Shown piece by piece: positions 22,458 to 32,449 of a stretch of DNA of 64,000 bases. The position numbers and the translations under genes were made by a program. Origin of the DNA: Paracoccaceae bacterium (GTDB lineage: Bacteria; Pseudomonadota; Alphaproteobacteria; Rhodobacterales; Rhodobacteraceae); NCBI GenBank assembly GCA_965221545.1, contig OZ244901.1, positions 2,205,891 through 2,269,890 on the forward strand, read 5' to 3'. The notes under the pieces are model-generated. The model did not search any database, was not told the origin of the DNA, and worked only from the letters and a program-made list of their open reading frames with translations. Numbering within the stretch: the stretch's first letter is position 1; every line of letters starts with the position of its first letter.

Positions 22458-22530
22458 CGCTGGTCGTGTTCCCTCCATTCGTGTCCACCCAAGGTGGCGG
22501 AATCTGCGTATTGCGCCTGGCGCGTCCGCA

Positions 22531-23274
22531 ATGAGCCTTCAGGCGATGGCGAACATCGTCGCCAAGGGCGATCCTGATCGATTTGATGCCTGCATGGCAG
22601 TGCGGGTGGCGACACGTGCCGTGCTGTTCCCGATTTACGCCTTCAATGTTGAGGTCTCTCGTGCAACCTGGGCGATATCCGAACCAATGATCGGCGAAAT
22701 GCGCCTTCAATGGCTCCGGGAGGCACTTGGCGACATTGCGAACGGCGAGGCAGCGCGAAAGCATGAGGTCATCGCGTCGCTGGCCGATGTCCTGGATAGC
22801 GAAGGCGCGCAAATCCTTGATCAATTGGTGCGGGCGCGATGGCGCGATCTTCATTCGAAGCCTTTTGGGGACGTCGGGCAGTTTCAAGAATACCTCGATG
22901 CGACCGGTGGCACCTTGATGTGGGTCGCCGCACGTGCCCTTGGCGGCGAAGACGAGGCTGGTTACCGCACGCTTGGCAGAGTGAGCGGGCTTGCCAATTT
23001 TCTTCTTGCCGTACCGCGGTTGACGGCACGGGTGGGCGGGCCGCTGCCTGAAGACGGTTCGGAAACCGCTCGGACGCTTGCAAGGGATGCATTGGCGGAA
23101 CTCCGATCCTTGCGTATTCCCAGAGCCGGTCGCGCCGCCTCCCTTGCGTCCTGGCGTGCCGGAACCATCCTGCGTCGTGCGGCGGACCAGCCGGACAGGG
23201 TCGCGAACGGAACGCTTGCAGAAAGCGAGTTTCGTCGGCGCCTTTCGCTGATTTGGGCAAGTCACAGGCTCTGA
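22531..23274 (+). CDS. Squalene/phytoene synthase family protein (short alphaproteobacterial form)
   Basis: VLFPIYAFNVEVSR...EPMIGEMRLQWLREAL pattern typical of this family. About 247 aa. Confidence 0.65.
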   Translation: MSLQAMANIVAKGDPDRFDACMAVRVATRAVLFPIYAFNVEVSRATWAISEPMIGEMRLQWLREALGDIANGEAARKHEVIASLADVLDSEGAQILDQLVRARWRDLHSKPFGDVGQFQEYLDATGGTLMWVAARALGGEDEAGYRTLGRVSGLANFLLAVPRLTARVGGPLPEDGSETARTLARDALAELRSLRIPRAGRAASLASWRAGTILRRAADQPDRVANGTLAESEFRRRLSLIWASHRL

Positions 23275-23416
23275 TCCCGGTCCGGATAAGGTAGAAACCG
23301 CTCCTGCCGGTACGGCAAGACCGCCCAAGCGTGGCCGATTCTGGACGTGCTGCTCGCTTCCAGCTTCCCTTCTTGGGTCTTGCTCCGGGCGCGAGGCGCG
23401 CCTAAGCACGGTGCGA

Positions 23417-23502
23417 GCGGGCGTGGCGGAATGGTAGACGCATGAGACTTAAAATCTCTGGGGCAAGTGCCCGTGCCGGTTCAAGTCCGGCCGCCCGCAC
23501 CA
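23417..23502 (+). tRNA. tRNA-Leu (anticodon UAA), CCA encoded
   Basis: Acceptor stem GCGGGCG/CGCCCGC, anticodon loop CTTAAAA, long variable arm, T-arm GCCGG-TTCAAGT-CCGGC, 3' ACCA. Confidence 0.9.
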
Positions 23503-23509
23503 AACAGCG

Positions 23510-24031
23510 TCAATATTGATGGCGATAGTGCGTTCTTTGCGTCTGAAGATTCAAGATTTCGAGACGGAGGAAGCCTCGCCGCAACATCAGCGGTGCCCGT
23601 TCGGTGCTTTCGGACGAAAGCTCTGCCAGTCGCGCATTGATGTCACGAATCTCCTGCCTGGCCTGATCGATTTCTCGTCCAATTTCGTGCCAATGCAAAC
23701 CGCGCAGGTTGGCGGCTTGCAGGGCATTCAAGTCTTTTCCGCGACAGACGGACGAGAGGCGAGTGCCTGTAGAGCCGACATAATATGCATTGGCGGCAGT
23801 GCAGTATTGTTCTAGCCCGGCTTCGCGACCTCGATGCCATTCCCGTGCATCCGGGGTGATGCCGAATTCACCGCAAGCCTTGAAGTGCTCCATGATGTAG
23901 CTTGACTGTTTCCCGCGCGCACCGTCCGCAAGGCCAATGTCCCGCCAGGCACCTTGACGACATTCGGACTCGGAAAGAGAGGCGCAGCCTGCGAGGGCAG
24001 CGAGCGCTGCAAGTGGGACAATGAACCGCAT
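23510..24031 (-). CDS. DUF2799-like lipoprotein
   Basis: Lipobox LAALAGC, then ECRQGAWRDIGLADGARG and a repeated Cys-containing module. The family assignment is from memory. Confidence 0.5.
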   Translation of the reverse strand: MRFIVPLAALAALAGCASLSESECRQGAWRDIGLADGARGKQSSYIMEHFKACGEFGITPDAREWHRGREAGLEQYCTAANAYYVGSTGTRLSSVCRGKDLNALQAANLRGLHWHEIGREIDQARQEIRDINARLAELSSESTERAPLMLRRGFLRLEILNLQTQRTHYRHQY

Positions 24032-24073
24032 GCAGCAAATGTTAGCGAGTTAACGGCACCGAATCCACAACTG

Positions 24074-24589
24074 TCACGCGTCGTCGATGATATGCTCTTC
24101 CCAGTCCTCTGGTCCGACTTCCCACTCCGGCACGGTCCAGCCCCGAACCGAAATGCCTGATTCATGCACGGTTTCCGGCGTGCCTGAAATTAGCGGATGC
24201 CAGTCGAACAGCGACTTGCCTTCCCAGATCAACCTGTATGCGCATGTGCGCGGCATCCAATGCGCAACCTCTGATATATTCGAAGGCGTCAGGACGACGC
24301 AATCCGGAACAAGTTGCTTGCGGATGTCGTATTGGGAACACCTGCAAGCCTCATCATCGAGGAGGCGGCATGCAATGCGCGTATAGGCAATCTCGCCGGA
24401 GTCCGCATCCTCGAGCTTGTTGAGGCAGCAGCGTCCGCAGCCGTCGCAGAGCGCTTCCCATTCCCTCTGGCTCAGACCTTCGAGCGGAACGCGCTCCCAG
24501 AAGCGGTCGCGCAGCCCCTCGCGGTCTATCGGGTCCAGTTCGCTCGCGGCAGCTTCGACACTGGACCGGCCATGGATCGTTTCATTCAT
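24074..24589 (-). CDS. ycgN: YcgN-family cysteine-cluster protein (UPF0260)
   Basis: CDGCGRCCLNKLED...IACRLLD...CRCSQY motif set. Its start overlaps the ribF stop by 8 nt. Confidence 0.8.
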   Translation of the reverse strand: MNETIHGRSSVEAAASELDPIDREGLRDRFWERVPLEGLSQREWEALCDGCGRCCLNKLEDADSGEIAYTRIACRLLDDEACRCSQYDIRKQLVPDCVVLTPSNISEVAHWMPRTCAYRLIWEGKSLFDWHPLISGTPETVHESGISVRGWTVPEWEVGPEDWEEHIIDDA

Positions 24590-25517
24590 TTTTGCCAGCC
24601 AGCACGGAGCGCGCTTTTGCGCTGTCAGCATCCATTGCGGTGACAAGCGCATCAACGCAATCGAATCTCATTTCGGGGCGCAAGTAGGACACGAGAGCGA
24701 TGCTCAAGCTGATGCCGTAGAGATCTCCGGAAAAGTCAAAGAGATGTGCCTCAAGGTTTGGCGCATTCTCGCCAAACATCGGTCGGACACCCAGAGACGC
24801 GACGCCCTCGTAGCTGCCCTTTGCGGAGCCGTCGAGGACGTCGACCTTTACTGCGTAGACTCCGAATTTCGGAGGATGCAGCCCGTCCAACGCGATGTTT
24901 GCCGTCGGGTAGCCCAGTTCGCGCCCGCGCTGGTCTCCGCGAAGCACTTCACCCTCGATCCGGTGCAAGTGCCCCAGCATGGCGGCTGCGTCTTCCGGCT
25001 TGCCGTCACTCAGGGCCTTCCGAATGCGGGTCGAAGAGACTTCGTCTCCGTTCTCGGCAACCAGTTCGGCGATCGTGACGCCGAATCCCATTTCATTGCC
25101 GTGTGCTTGCAGAGTCTTCGCGTTGCCGGCCCGACCCTTCCCGAAACAGAAGTCGGCACCGACGGTAACGTGGACGAGACCAAGGCCGTCGCGGATGACG
25201 TCCTTGGAGAAGGCCTCCGGGCTCAGGGATGCGAGGCGGTCGTTGAACGACATCTCGTAGAGGAGCTCGACGCCGAGGCTTTGCAGACGGTGCGCCCTGG
25301 CGGCAGCGTTCATGAGTCGGAAGGGAGGGGCCGAAGGCGCGAAATACTCCCGGGGATGCGGCTCGAAAGTGAGGACGCCAAGCGGCGCGTCTGCTGCCCT
25401 TGCCGCAACGCCAAGGACAGCCTGATGGCCAACATGGACACCATCGAAATTGCCTATCGCGGCAGTGGCTCCCCGATCCTGCGGTTGCACGTACGTGGTG
25501 TCGCGAATGATGCGCAT
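24582..25517 (-). CDS. ribF: Bifunctional riboflavin kinase / FAD synthetase
   Basis: AAIGNFDGVHVGHQ nucleotidyltransferase motif. C-terminal riboflavin kinase domain (GRELGYPTANI, EAHLFDF). Confidence 0.9.
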   Translation of the reverse strand: MRIIRDTTYVQPQDRGATAAIGNFDGVHVGHQAVLGVAARAADAPLGVLTFEPHPREYFAPSAPPFRLMNAAARAHRLQSLGVELLYEMSFNDRLASLSPEAFSKDVIRDGLGLVHVTVGADFCFGKGRAGNAKTLQAHGNEMGFGVTIAELVAENGDEVSSTRIRKALSDGKPEDAAAMLGHLHRIEGEVLRGDQRGRELGYPTANIALDGLHPPKFGVYAVKVDVLDGSAKGSYEGVASLGVRPMFGENAPNLEAHLFDFSGDLYGISLSIALVSYLRPEMRFDCVDALVTAMDADSAKARSVLAGKNE

Positions 25518-25837
25518 GCGTCGGGGCGTATCCTGCCATTGACTCTCCTGCAAGGGCTGCTGCCGCCACATCGGATGCCGATCTGCGGCAAGCGGACGTC
25601 CATCACGAATGCGCTCTTTGGTGGTCCCGGGTCAGTTCCTGACTGGCGTCCGGCGTGAATCCGGGACTCTCGATTAGAAGGCAAGCGGGATCTAGGTCAT
25701 GTGGTCGGACAATAGCGGAACGACAGAGGGGCGGAATCTCCCCGCCTTTGACAGAAACAGTGCCGCGCAGCCGAAGGCAACGGGTCACCTAGGCTCGATT
25801 ACCAACTCAACGGAATAATGTGTGCACTTGGCTTTCA

Positions 25838-26077
25838 AGAAAAGCGTATCCTGAGGATCCGGTTTCCGAACCACGGGATTTGCTGGGCGATCTCCCCGTA
25901 GCGTGCCGCGAACAGGAGCGGGTTGTTGGCGCGCCGTCCCAGGGTGACGACGATCTTGTCTTCGGTGATCCTGACGGCCGCTCTGTCGTTGACGAGCTTG
26001 CGGAAAATCGTGCGTGCGTTCGCGAGTTCGAAGCCCGGTCCGACACGCGGGTGGATCAGCAGATGTGGTGGCGACCG
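25838..26077 (-). pseudogene. Start-less 80-codon fragment, possibly the C-terminal tail of a transposase
   Basis: Stop-to-stop frame RSPPHLLIHPRVGPGFELANARTIFRKLVNDRAAVRITEDKIVVTLGRRANNPLLFAARYGEIAQQIPWFGNRILRIRFS with no start codon. From memory it resembles transposase C-termini. Unverified. Confidence 0.3.
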
Positions 26078-26223
26078 TTAAGGGCGGCTGCGGCGTTCCG
26101 GCATCACGATTCGCAACAGTGGCGACATCAACTTAGCTGACACTAACATATGCAACCGGTACACCGGAAACGACCGATCATGCCGCGAAATCCCTTTGCC
26201 AAGCAGGCAATCCTTCACATTGT

Positions 26224-27258
26224 TCAGTCGAATTGGAGATCGAGGCTAGAGTACATTCCGTCATAGATCGACTCCAGCATGGTGGCGCTGAAGAGGCTCG
26301 ATACACTGGTACCCTGCCAGATGTTCTGGATTGCCTGAGCAAACACCGGCGCAGTTGGAATGACCCGAATGTTCTTCGCCTTCTTCGTTTCCTCGGTGGG
26401 CTCGATCGTGTCAGTGACCGCGAGGCTCTTCATCACGGATCCGGAAACACGCTCTATTGCGGGTCCCGAGAGAACGCCGTGCGTGATGTAGGCGTGAACC
26501 TCCTTCGCACCTTCGGTAATCAGCGTTTCGGCCCCCTTGCACAAGGTGCCCGCGGTATCGACGATATCGTCAACGACGATACAGACCCGATCCTTCACTT
26601 CCCCGATCACGGTCATTTCCGCCACTTCGCCCGGACTCTCGCGTCTCTTGTCGACGATTGACAGCGGGGCTCCGATGCGTTGGGCCAGTTCGCGTGCCCG
26701 CGCGACGCCCCCGACATCCGGCGACACCACGGTAATCTGGTCCAGCCTCTCTTTGAACGCATGCTTGATGTCGAGCGCAAAGATTGGAGAGGCGTATAGG
26801 TTGTCGACAGGCACGTCGAAAAAGCCCTGGATCTGCGCCGCATGCAAATCCATGGTCAAGACACGTTCGATGCCAGCACTTACGATCATGTTCGCGACCA
26901 GCTTCGCCGAGATGGGGACGCGAGCTCTTGTTCGCCGGTCCTGGCGCGCATAGCCGAAATACGGAACGACGGCAGTCACACGCTGGGCGGACGAGCGCCG
27001 AAGGGCGTCTGCCATGATCAGCAATTCCATCAGGTTGTCGTTGGCCGGGTTTGACGTTGACTGAAGTATGAAAGTCTCTTCGCCTCGAACGTTCTCGAAC
27101 ACTTCCACGAAAATTTCCCCATCGTTGAAGCGCTCGACCCGTGACTTAACCAGTTCGACACTTGTTCCGAAATGCATGGACATCCGACGGCAGACAGCCG
27201 ATGCCATGGAGGGGTTTGAATTTCCGGCGAGTATCTTTGGGCCTTCAATCTGGGGCAT
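26224..27258 (-). CDS. prs: Ribose-phosphate pyrophosphokinase
   Basis: KILAGNSNPSMA start, PYFGYARQDRR, and the PRPP-binding loop VVDDIVDTAGTL. Confidence 0.93.
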   Translation of the reverse strand: MPQIEGPKILAGNSNPSMASAVCRRMSMHFGTSVELVKSRVERFNDGEIFVEVFENVRGEETFILQSTSNPANDNLMELLIMADALRRSSAQRVTAVVPYFGYARQDRRTRARVPISAKLVANMIVSAGIERVLTMDLHAAQIQGFFDVPVDNLYASPIFALDIKHAFKERLDQITVVSPDVGGVARARELAQRIGAPLSIVDKRRESPGEVAEMTVIGEVKDRVCIVVDDIVDTAGTLCKGAETLITEGAKEVHAYITHGVLSGPAIERVSGSVMKSLAVTDTIEPTEETKKAKNIRVIPTAPVFAQAIQNIWQGTSVSSLFSATMLESIYDGMYSSLDLQFD

Positions 27259-27363
27259 TGGCAATGGCGTCCTTCTAGCCTGTGCGCACGGCCGAATCAA
27301 AAGTTGACACCGCTTAGCACGGGCGTACGGTCAGGCAAACTGACTTGTGGGAGAGAGACGAAA

Positions 27364-27966
27364 ATGGCGCATATCGATTACTATCTCGGGGTGTTCTCAC
27401 CCAACTGCTACTTGGCCGGCACGCGCCCCGGCGAGATTGCGTCCAAGTACGGGGCGACGATGACTTACAAACCGCTGGACCTGATGGCGCTGTTCGCGCG
27501 TACAGGCGGCGTCCCGCCTGCGCAGCGACACATATCTCGCCAGGAATATCGACTGATCGAGATCGAGCGGAACGCGAAGATTGCTAGAATGTCGATCAAC
27601 CCGCATCCGGCTCACTGGCCGACCAATCCTGCACCAGCATCCTACGCGGTAATTGCGGCGCAGAAGGACGGCAGCGGCGACTTGGCAGCACTTGTTGCGG
27701 GAATTACCCGGGCCTGCTGGGCGGAAGAAAAGGACATTGCCGAAGATTCCGTGATCAAGTCCTGCCTCGAGGCCACCGGTTTCGATCCCGCGCTTGCCGA
27801 CAGTGGACTCCTTTCTGGTGCGGAGACATATGAAGCGAACCTTGAGGATGCTGTGAACGCCGGCGCCTTCGGCGCACCGTTCTTCATAACTGACGATGAC
27901 AAACGTTTCTGGGGCCAAGATCGCTTGGATCATCTGGCGGCGCATCTGGAATCGCGCGAGGCGTAG
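27364..27966 (+). CDS. DsbA-family 2-hydroxychromene-2-carboxylate isomerase-like protein
   Basis: IDYYLGVFSPNCYL N-terminus and GAFGAPFFITDDDKRFWGQDRL C-terminus, typical of HCCA isomerase/DsbA-like thioredoxin-fold proteins. Confidence 0.65.
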   Translation: MAHIDYYLGVFSPNCYLAGTRPGEIASKYGATMTYKPLDLMALFARTGGVPPAQRHISRQEYRLIEIERNAKIARMSINPHPAHWPTNPAPASYAVIAAQKDGSGDLAALVAGITRACWAEEKDIAEDSVIKSCLEATGFDPALADSGLLSGAETYEANLEDAVNAGAFGAPFFITDDDKRFWGQDRLDHLAAHLESREA

Positions 27967-28040
27967 TAGCCACACGGACATTTCACGTCCGCCATCCGAA
28001 TCTGTCGCTGCAGGATTGCAGACTTTCGCCAGAAAGGACG

Positions 28041-28787
28041 CTACGCCCGTTCCAACTCTGCGACGATCATGCCGAAGTCATCCGCCTTCAGAGACGCACC
28101 GCCCACAAGAGCACCATCCACGTTCGGGACACCGAATATCTCCTGCGCGTTCGACGGCTTCACCGAGCCTCCGTAGAGCAACCGGAATTCTTGCGCTTCA
28201 GCGCCGAAGCGGGCGGTCAGTTCCTTGCGAATGTCCGCATGCACTTCCGCAATTTCTGCAAGCGTGGGCACCTTGCCGGTTCCGATCGCCCAAACCGGCT
28301 CGTAGGCCACGACCGTGCTCTGTCCGGTAGCGCCATCGGGCACCGACTCTTCGAGCTGGCCGCGCACAACCTCAATCGTTCGACCGTCCTCTCGTTCCTG
28401 CAGGGTCTCGCCGACGCAAACGATCGCCGCAAGTCCGGCAGACCAGGTCGCCATTGCCTTTGCGCGAATCTCGGCATTGGATTCACCATGGTCGGAACGC
28501 CGTTCGGAATGGCCGACGATGACGTAGGTGCCGCCAGCGTCGGCGATCATTTTGGCCGAGATGTCACCGGTATGCGCGCCCGATGGATTCACGTGACAAT
28601 CCTGGCCACCAACAGCGATAGCGGTCCCTGCCGCAGTTCCAGCCATACGAGACAACAGCGTCGCTGGCGGGCAGATCAGGATTTCGCAGTCCGGAGATGG
28701 AAAATCGGAGGCGAGGGCCTGGGCTTCGCCCAAACTCTCCGCCGTTCCGTTCATCTTCCAGTTGCCGGCCGCCAATCTACGCATCAT
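28041..28787 (-). CDS. tpiA: Triosephosphate isomerase
   Basis: AAGNWKMNG, IVGHSERR, AYEPVWAIGTG, YGGSVKP. Confidence 0.93.
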   Translation of the reverse strand: MMRRLAAGNWKMNGTAESLGEAQALASDFPSPDCEILICPPATLLSRMAGTAAGTAIAVGGQDCHVNPSGAHTGDISAKMIADAGGTYVIVGHSERRSDHGESNAEIRAKAMATWSAGLAAIVCVGETLQEREDGRTIEVVRGQLEESVPDGATGQSTVVAYEPVWAIGTGKVPTLAEIAEVHADIRKELTARFGAEAQEFRLLYGGSVKPSNAQEIFGVPNVDGALVGGASLKADDFGMIVAELERA

Positions 28788-28824
28788 GCAACGCCGATCT
28801 TCGCGAAAGTCATGAGATGATGAC

Positions 28825-29214
28825 TCACTCCTTCGACCCGGTTTCCCGTTCGGCCGATAGCTGGTCGATGTCTTTGAACTTGATGGATTCGCCGCAGCCG
28901 CAGGCGTCTTCAACATTCGGATTTCTGAATTTGAAACCCGACTCGAGCAGCGAATTTTCGTAGTCGATCTCAGTCCCGAAGAGGAACATCTGCGCCATCG
29001 GTGCAATCATGACGCGAGCACCATCCTGCTCGACCAATTCGTCCAGCGGATCCACGTCATCAGCATAGTCCATGGTGTATTCCATGCCCGCGCAGCCGCC
29101 CTTCTTCACGCCAATTCGAAGTCCGGCGCGGCCATCGCGTTCCATGAGCTTCGTGATCTGGCCAACTGCCGCCGAGGTCATTGTCACGGCCGCTTTTCCA
29201 GGAACTCCGAACAT
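28825..29214 (-). CDS. Iron-sulfur cluster insertion/assembly A-type carrier (IscA/SufA/ErpA family)
   Basis: GLRIGVKKGGCAGMEY...FKFRNPNVEDACGCGESI (HesB Cys triad). ATGA overlap with the upstream DUF59 gene. Confidence 0.8.
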   Translation of the reverse strand: MFGVPGKAAVTMTSAAVGQITKLMERDGRAGLRIGVKKGGCAGMEYTMDYADDVDPLDELVEQDGARVMIAPMAQMFLFGTEIDYENSLLESGFKFRNPNVEDACGCGESIKFKDIDQLSAERETGSKE

Positions 29215-29579
29215 CACATGAATCCCAGTTCGAGCCGAGCTTCGTCGGACATCATTTCCATGCCCCAGGGCGGATCCCACGTGAGAGTCACATCGACCTG
29301 CCTGACGCCGGGCAGGGGCTCGACGGCCTCGGCAACCCATCCTGGCATCTCTCCGGCAACCGGACATCCCGGCGCGGTCAGGCTCATCAGGACCGTTACG
29401 GCTCCGTCGTCAGAAATGTCGATCGTGTAGATCAAGCCGAGATCATAGATGTTCACCGGAATTTCCGGATCGTACACAGACCGGCATGCCGTCACGATCG
29501 AATCGTAGAGCGGATGGTCAGTGGACGAGGGCGCAATCAGCGGCGTACCCTCAAGCTGTTCGGTCGGCTCAACTGTCAT
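29214..29579 (-). CDS. sufT: SUF-system Fe-S assembly protein, DUF59/MIP18 (SufT-like)
   Basis: VYDPEIPVNIYDLGLIY...LTAPGCPVAGEMP motif characteristic of DUF59. Confidence 0.8.
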   Translation of the reverse strand: MTVEPTEQLEGTPLIAPSSTDHPLYDSIVTACRSVYDPEIPVNIYDLGLIYTIDISDDGAVTVLMSLTAPGCPVAGEMPGWVAEAVEPLPGVRQVDVTLTWDPPWGMEMMSDEARLELGFM

Positions 29580-29785
29580 GGCTGCCTCATTGCTGCCCCA
29601 ATTGACTGAGTGATTATATAAGGAATTAGCGCCTGTCAGTAAAGACGCCTGCCAACTCGTCTTCGTGCATGAAGTACGTGACGGCAAACTGAAGTCACGC
29701 CTGCGAGCGCGTGCATGATCGATGGCGATGCATGCGGGAGTGGATTCTGCCGAATCAAGGACCGTCAGTTCCACGGTCATGCTCA

Positions 29786-30034
29786 CCCAGTCAATTTGGC
29801 CGCCGGCGGCCCGAATGCAACCTTGAGATCGAAGATCTTGGCAACCTTCAGGACGGTGACGAGCGCGGGATGTCCTTCTCCCGGCAGGGCCTTGTTCAAG
29901 CCGACACGGCTCATCCCGATGACGGTGGCGAGTGCCGTCATGTTCCCTGCCCGAGCAGCGGTTCCGACGGCACGACCGGCAAGTGGATCGGGAACATACT
30001 CGGATGCTCCGAGGCGACCCGAAGAGCCGAATTC
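29786..30034 (-). pseudogene. Decayed HigA-type 'addiction module antidote' (HTH) gene remnant with no toxin partner
   Basis: Frame EFGSSGRLGASEYVPDPLAGRAVGTAARAGNMTALATVIGMSRVGLNKALPGEGHPALVTVLKVAKIFDLKVAFGPPAAKLTG. The C-terminal HTH part fits the antidote family pattern (..GMS..A...G.SR..LYKALS.EGNP....LKV..ALG..L). The N-terminal part is shortened and has no usable start. Confidence 0.5.
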
Positions 30035-30153
30035 TCACCGGCGCGCCTGGAACGAGAGTGCCTCGCCCGCGCTTTTGTTTCGCCTGCCGGCGCTTGACTT
30101 CGCGGCACTGCGATGTGATGCGACTGTGCGCTCAGACATAAGGAACACGCACC

Positions 30154-30564
30154 ATGCAGATGCCTTTCGCCGTCGCCGTCAAAAAATGCCTGTCCAGCTA
30201 CGTCACGTTTTCCGGTCGCGCCCAGCGCTCCGAATATTGGTGGTTCGTCTTGTTCGCCGGGCTGAGTTCCGTGGCCGCCGCGATCTTGGACAATCTGCTG
30301 GGTCTGACGTCCGGCATCGAAGGTGATGGCCCGATTCAGATCCTCGTTGGCCTCGCTCTCGTTCTGCCCACGATCTCCGTCGCGGTACGCCGCCTGCATG
30401 ATATCGACCGTTCCGGATGGTGGATTCTGATTTCTCTGATCCCGATAATCGGGTTCCTCATCTTCCTGGTTTTCGCATGCAGGCGCGGCACTGATGGTGC
30501 TAACCGCTTTGGTCCCGACCCGCTAGGTCCGGACGACGGGGAAGCCATGCCAGGTTCAGGGTGA
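30154..30564 (+). CDS. DUF805-domain inner-membrane protein
   Basis: FSGRAQRSEYWWF...RRLHDIDRSGWW motif typical of DUF805 (YhaH/YhaI-like). Three to four TM segments. Confidence 0.75.
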   Translation: MQMPFAVAVKKCLSSYVTFSGRAQRSEYWWFVLFAGLSSVAAAILDNLLGLTSGIEGDGPIQILVGLALVLPTISVAVRRLHDIDRSGWWILISLIPIIGFLIFLVFACRRGTDGANRFGPDPLGPDDGEAMPGSG

Positions 30565-31124
30565 CTCCTTTCTGGCGCTGCCGCTCGAAATCGCCCCTGG
30601 TCCGCTCGGGCCACATTTGCTGATGTAGACAACCGCGGAGCAAGTGTCATTCGAAGGGCAACCGCGGGGGAATCTTTGCCGATCCAGAGGACAAAACGGC
30701 AAACGGCATCGATGCTCGACGAGCGCTCGTCCGTGCTGTCGACCCGCGATCCGGACGCGATCGCCGGAAGCGGAGAGTCACCGGATTTCCTGGAACCGAC
30801 CAGCGCTGTGCCGGTGGCCGGCCACGCCTTCCTTGACAGGCGGGAAGGGGGAAGGTCCGGATCAAGGCATGGCATGCCTGGATGGCGTTGCCGGTCGAAG
30901 ATGGTCCAATGCGCCTGTCCAGTCCCATCCGCGGATTTGGACAATTGCAAGTCAATGACGAGGCCAAGACTGCACAAGTCTCGACGAGCGGGCACCGAAG
31001 GGCGTGATCAATATGACGCAGCTGTTTGCCATTTCGCCGGAACCGCTCCGGTTCTTCCGCATGCCGCCGAGCTACCCCCCTTCCTGGGAGACACGGCGCA
31101 GTGGCGCGCGCCCGGATCCAGGAC

Positions 31125-32378
31125 CTATTCCTGTAGCTTGACGAGAGCGTGTCGCTTCTTTCCAGCCGAGAGTTTGACGGGTGAACTCAGTGCAGCAAGG
31201 TCAAACATCTGTCCTGCATCGGTCAGCGGCTTGTCGTCGACCCGTGCCCCGTTCTCCGCGATGAGTCGCTTGGCCTCCTTGCCGGATTTGGCGAGTCCTG
31301 AACGCACGATGAGCTGCGCGGCGGAAATTCCGTCGCCAACGTCTTCGCGCGCCAGTTCCAGCGTGGGCAGGTCATCTCCCACGCCGCCCTTCTCGAAGAC
31401 TTCCCGCGCAGTCTCCTCCGCTGCACGAGCCGCATCGGATCCCCGGCAAAGCGTGGTCACTTCGTTTGCCAGCCGAATCTTCGCCTCGTTGATTTCCGAG
31501 CCTCCGAGCGCCCCAAACTTGTCGCAATCTTCGACGGGCAGTTCCGTGAACATCTTCAGGAACTTCCCGACATCTTCGTCAGGCACGTTCCGCCACCACT
31601 GCCAGAATTCGTAGCCCGACATCATTTCCTCGTTCAGCCAGACGGCACCCTCTGCGGACTTGCCCATCTTCCTGCCATCAGCACGGGTCACGAGCGGAGT
31701 CGTGAGGCCGAACGCATCGGCCCCTTCCACGCGCCTGATCAGGTCGGTGCCCGAGACGATATTGCCCCACTGGTCCGAACCGCCCATCTGCAGCGTGCAT
31801 CCAAAGCGCCGGTACAACTCGAGAAAGTCGTAAGCCTGAAGCAGCATGTAGTTGAATTCGATGAAGGAAAGCGCCTGCTCCCGGTCAAGACGTGACTTCA
31901 CGCTTTCGAATGCCAGGAGCCGGTTGATCGTGAAGTGCTTCCCGATGTCTCTCAGGAAACCGATGTATCCCAGGCCGTCGAGCCATTCCGAGTTGTCCAC
32001 GAGCGGCGAATCCGTGGGACCGTCGCCGTAGGAAATGTACCGCAGGAAAACCCTGCGAATGCCCTCGGCGTTTTCCCGAATCTTCTCGACGGGCAGCATC
32101 TTGCGCATCTCGTCCTTGCCCGAAGGATCGCCGACCTTGGTCGTGCCGCCGCCCATCAGCGTGATTGGCCTGTGGCCTGTCTTCTGCATCCACCGCAGGA
32201 GCATGATTTGAACGAGATTTCCGATGTGGAGCGACGTGGCCGTCAGGTCGAAACCGATATAGCCCGTGACGGATTCCTTGCGCATCTGTTCGTCGAGCGT
32301 GGAAAGATCGGTGCAATCGGCCAGAAATCCTCGTGATTTCACGGTGGCAAGAAATTCCGATTTAGGGTGATAGGTCAT
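31125..32378 (-). CDS. tyrS: Tyrosine--tRNA ligase
   Basis: [14 protein letters not shown] (HIGH), KMGKSAEG (KMSKS), C-terminal S4-like domain. Confidence 0.95.
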   Translation of the reverse strand: MTYHPKSEFLATVKSRGFLADCTDLSTLDEQMRKESVTGYIGFDLTATSLHIGNLVQIMLLRWMQKTGHRPITLMGGGTTKVGDPSGKDEMRKMLPVEKIRENAEGIRRVFLRYISYGDGPTDSPLVDNSEWLDGLGYIGFLRDIGKHFTINRLLAFESVKSRLDREQALSFIEFNYMLLQAYDFLELYRRFGCTLQMGGSDQWGNIVSGTDLIRRVEGADAFGLTTPLVTRADGRKMGKSAEGAVWLNEEMMSGYEFWQWWRNVPDEDVGKFLKMFTELPVEDCDKFGALGGSEINEAKIRLANEVTTLCRGSDAARAAEETAREVFEKGGVGDDLPTLELAREDVGDGISAAQLIVRSGLAKSGKEAKRLIAENGARVDDKPLTDAGQMFDLAALSSPVKLSAGKKRHALVKLQE

Positions 32379-32449
32379 CGCCGTTCCGTATATTCTCACG
32401 CCTATGCGGCGACGACTTCTATACGTGCCCCGAAGGCAACGCAAACGCC

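Noticed and set aside
25726-25752. Hairpin AGGGGCGG-aatctcc-CCGCCTTT as a terminator
   Set aside because: It is oriented on the plus strand, where no gene ends upstream. It has two G:U pairs and only a short T-run.
30565-31124. Cobalamin riboswitch, SRP RNA or two-piece tmRNA in the long spacer
   Set aside because: Partial look-alikes (AGGAAATCCGGTGA on the minus strand, GGTCCGGA on the plus strand) lack the remaining conserved cores: no B12 box (GCCACTG), no SRP domain IV motif, and no ANDN-type tag ORF. No downstream gene is in the right orientation.
30676-31614. 312-aa plus-strand ORF
   Set aside because: Two thirds of it is antisense to tyrS, and the remainder has no protein-like features. 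It is treated only as part of the unexplained spacer.
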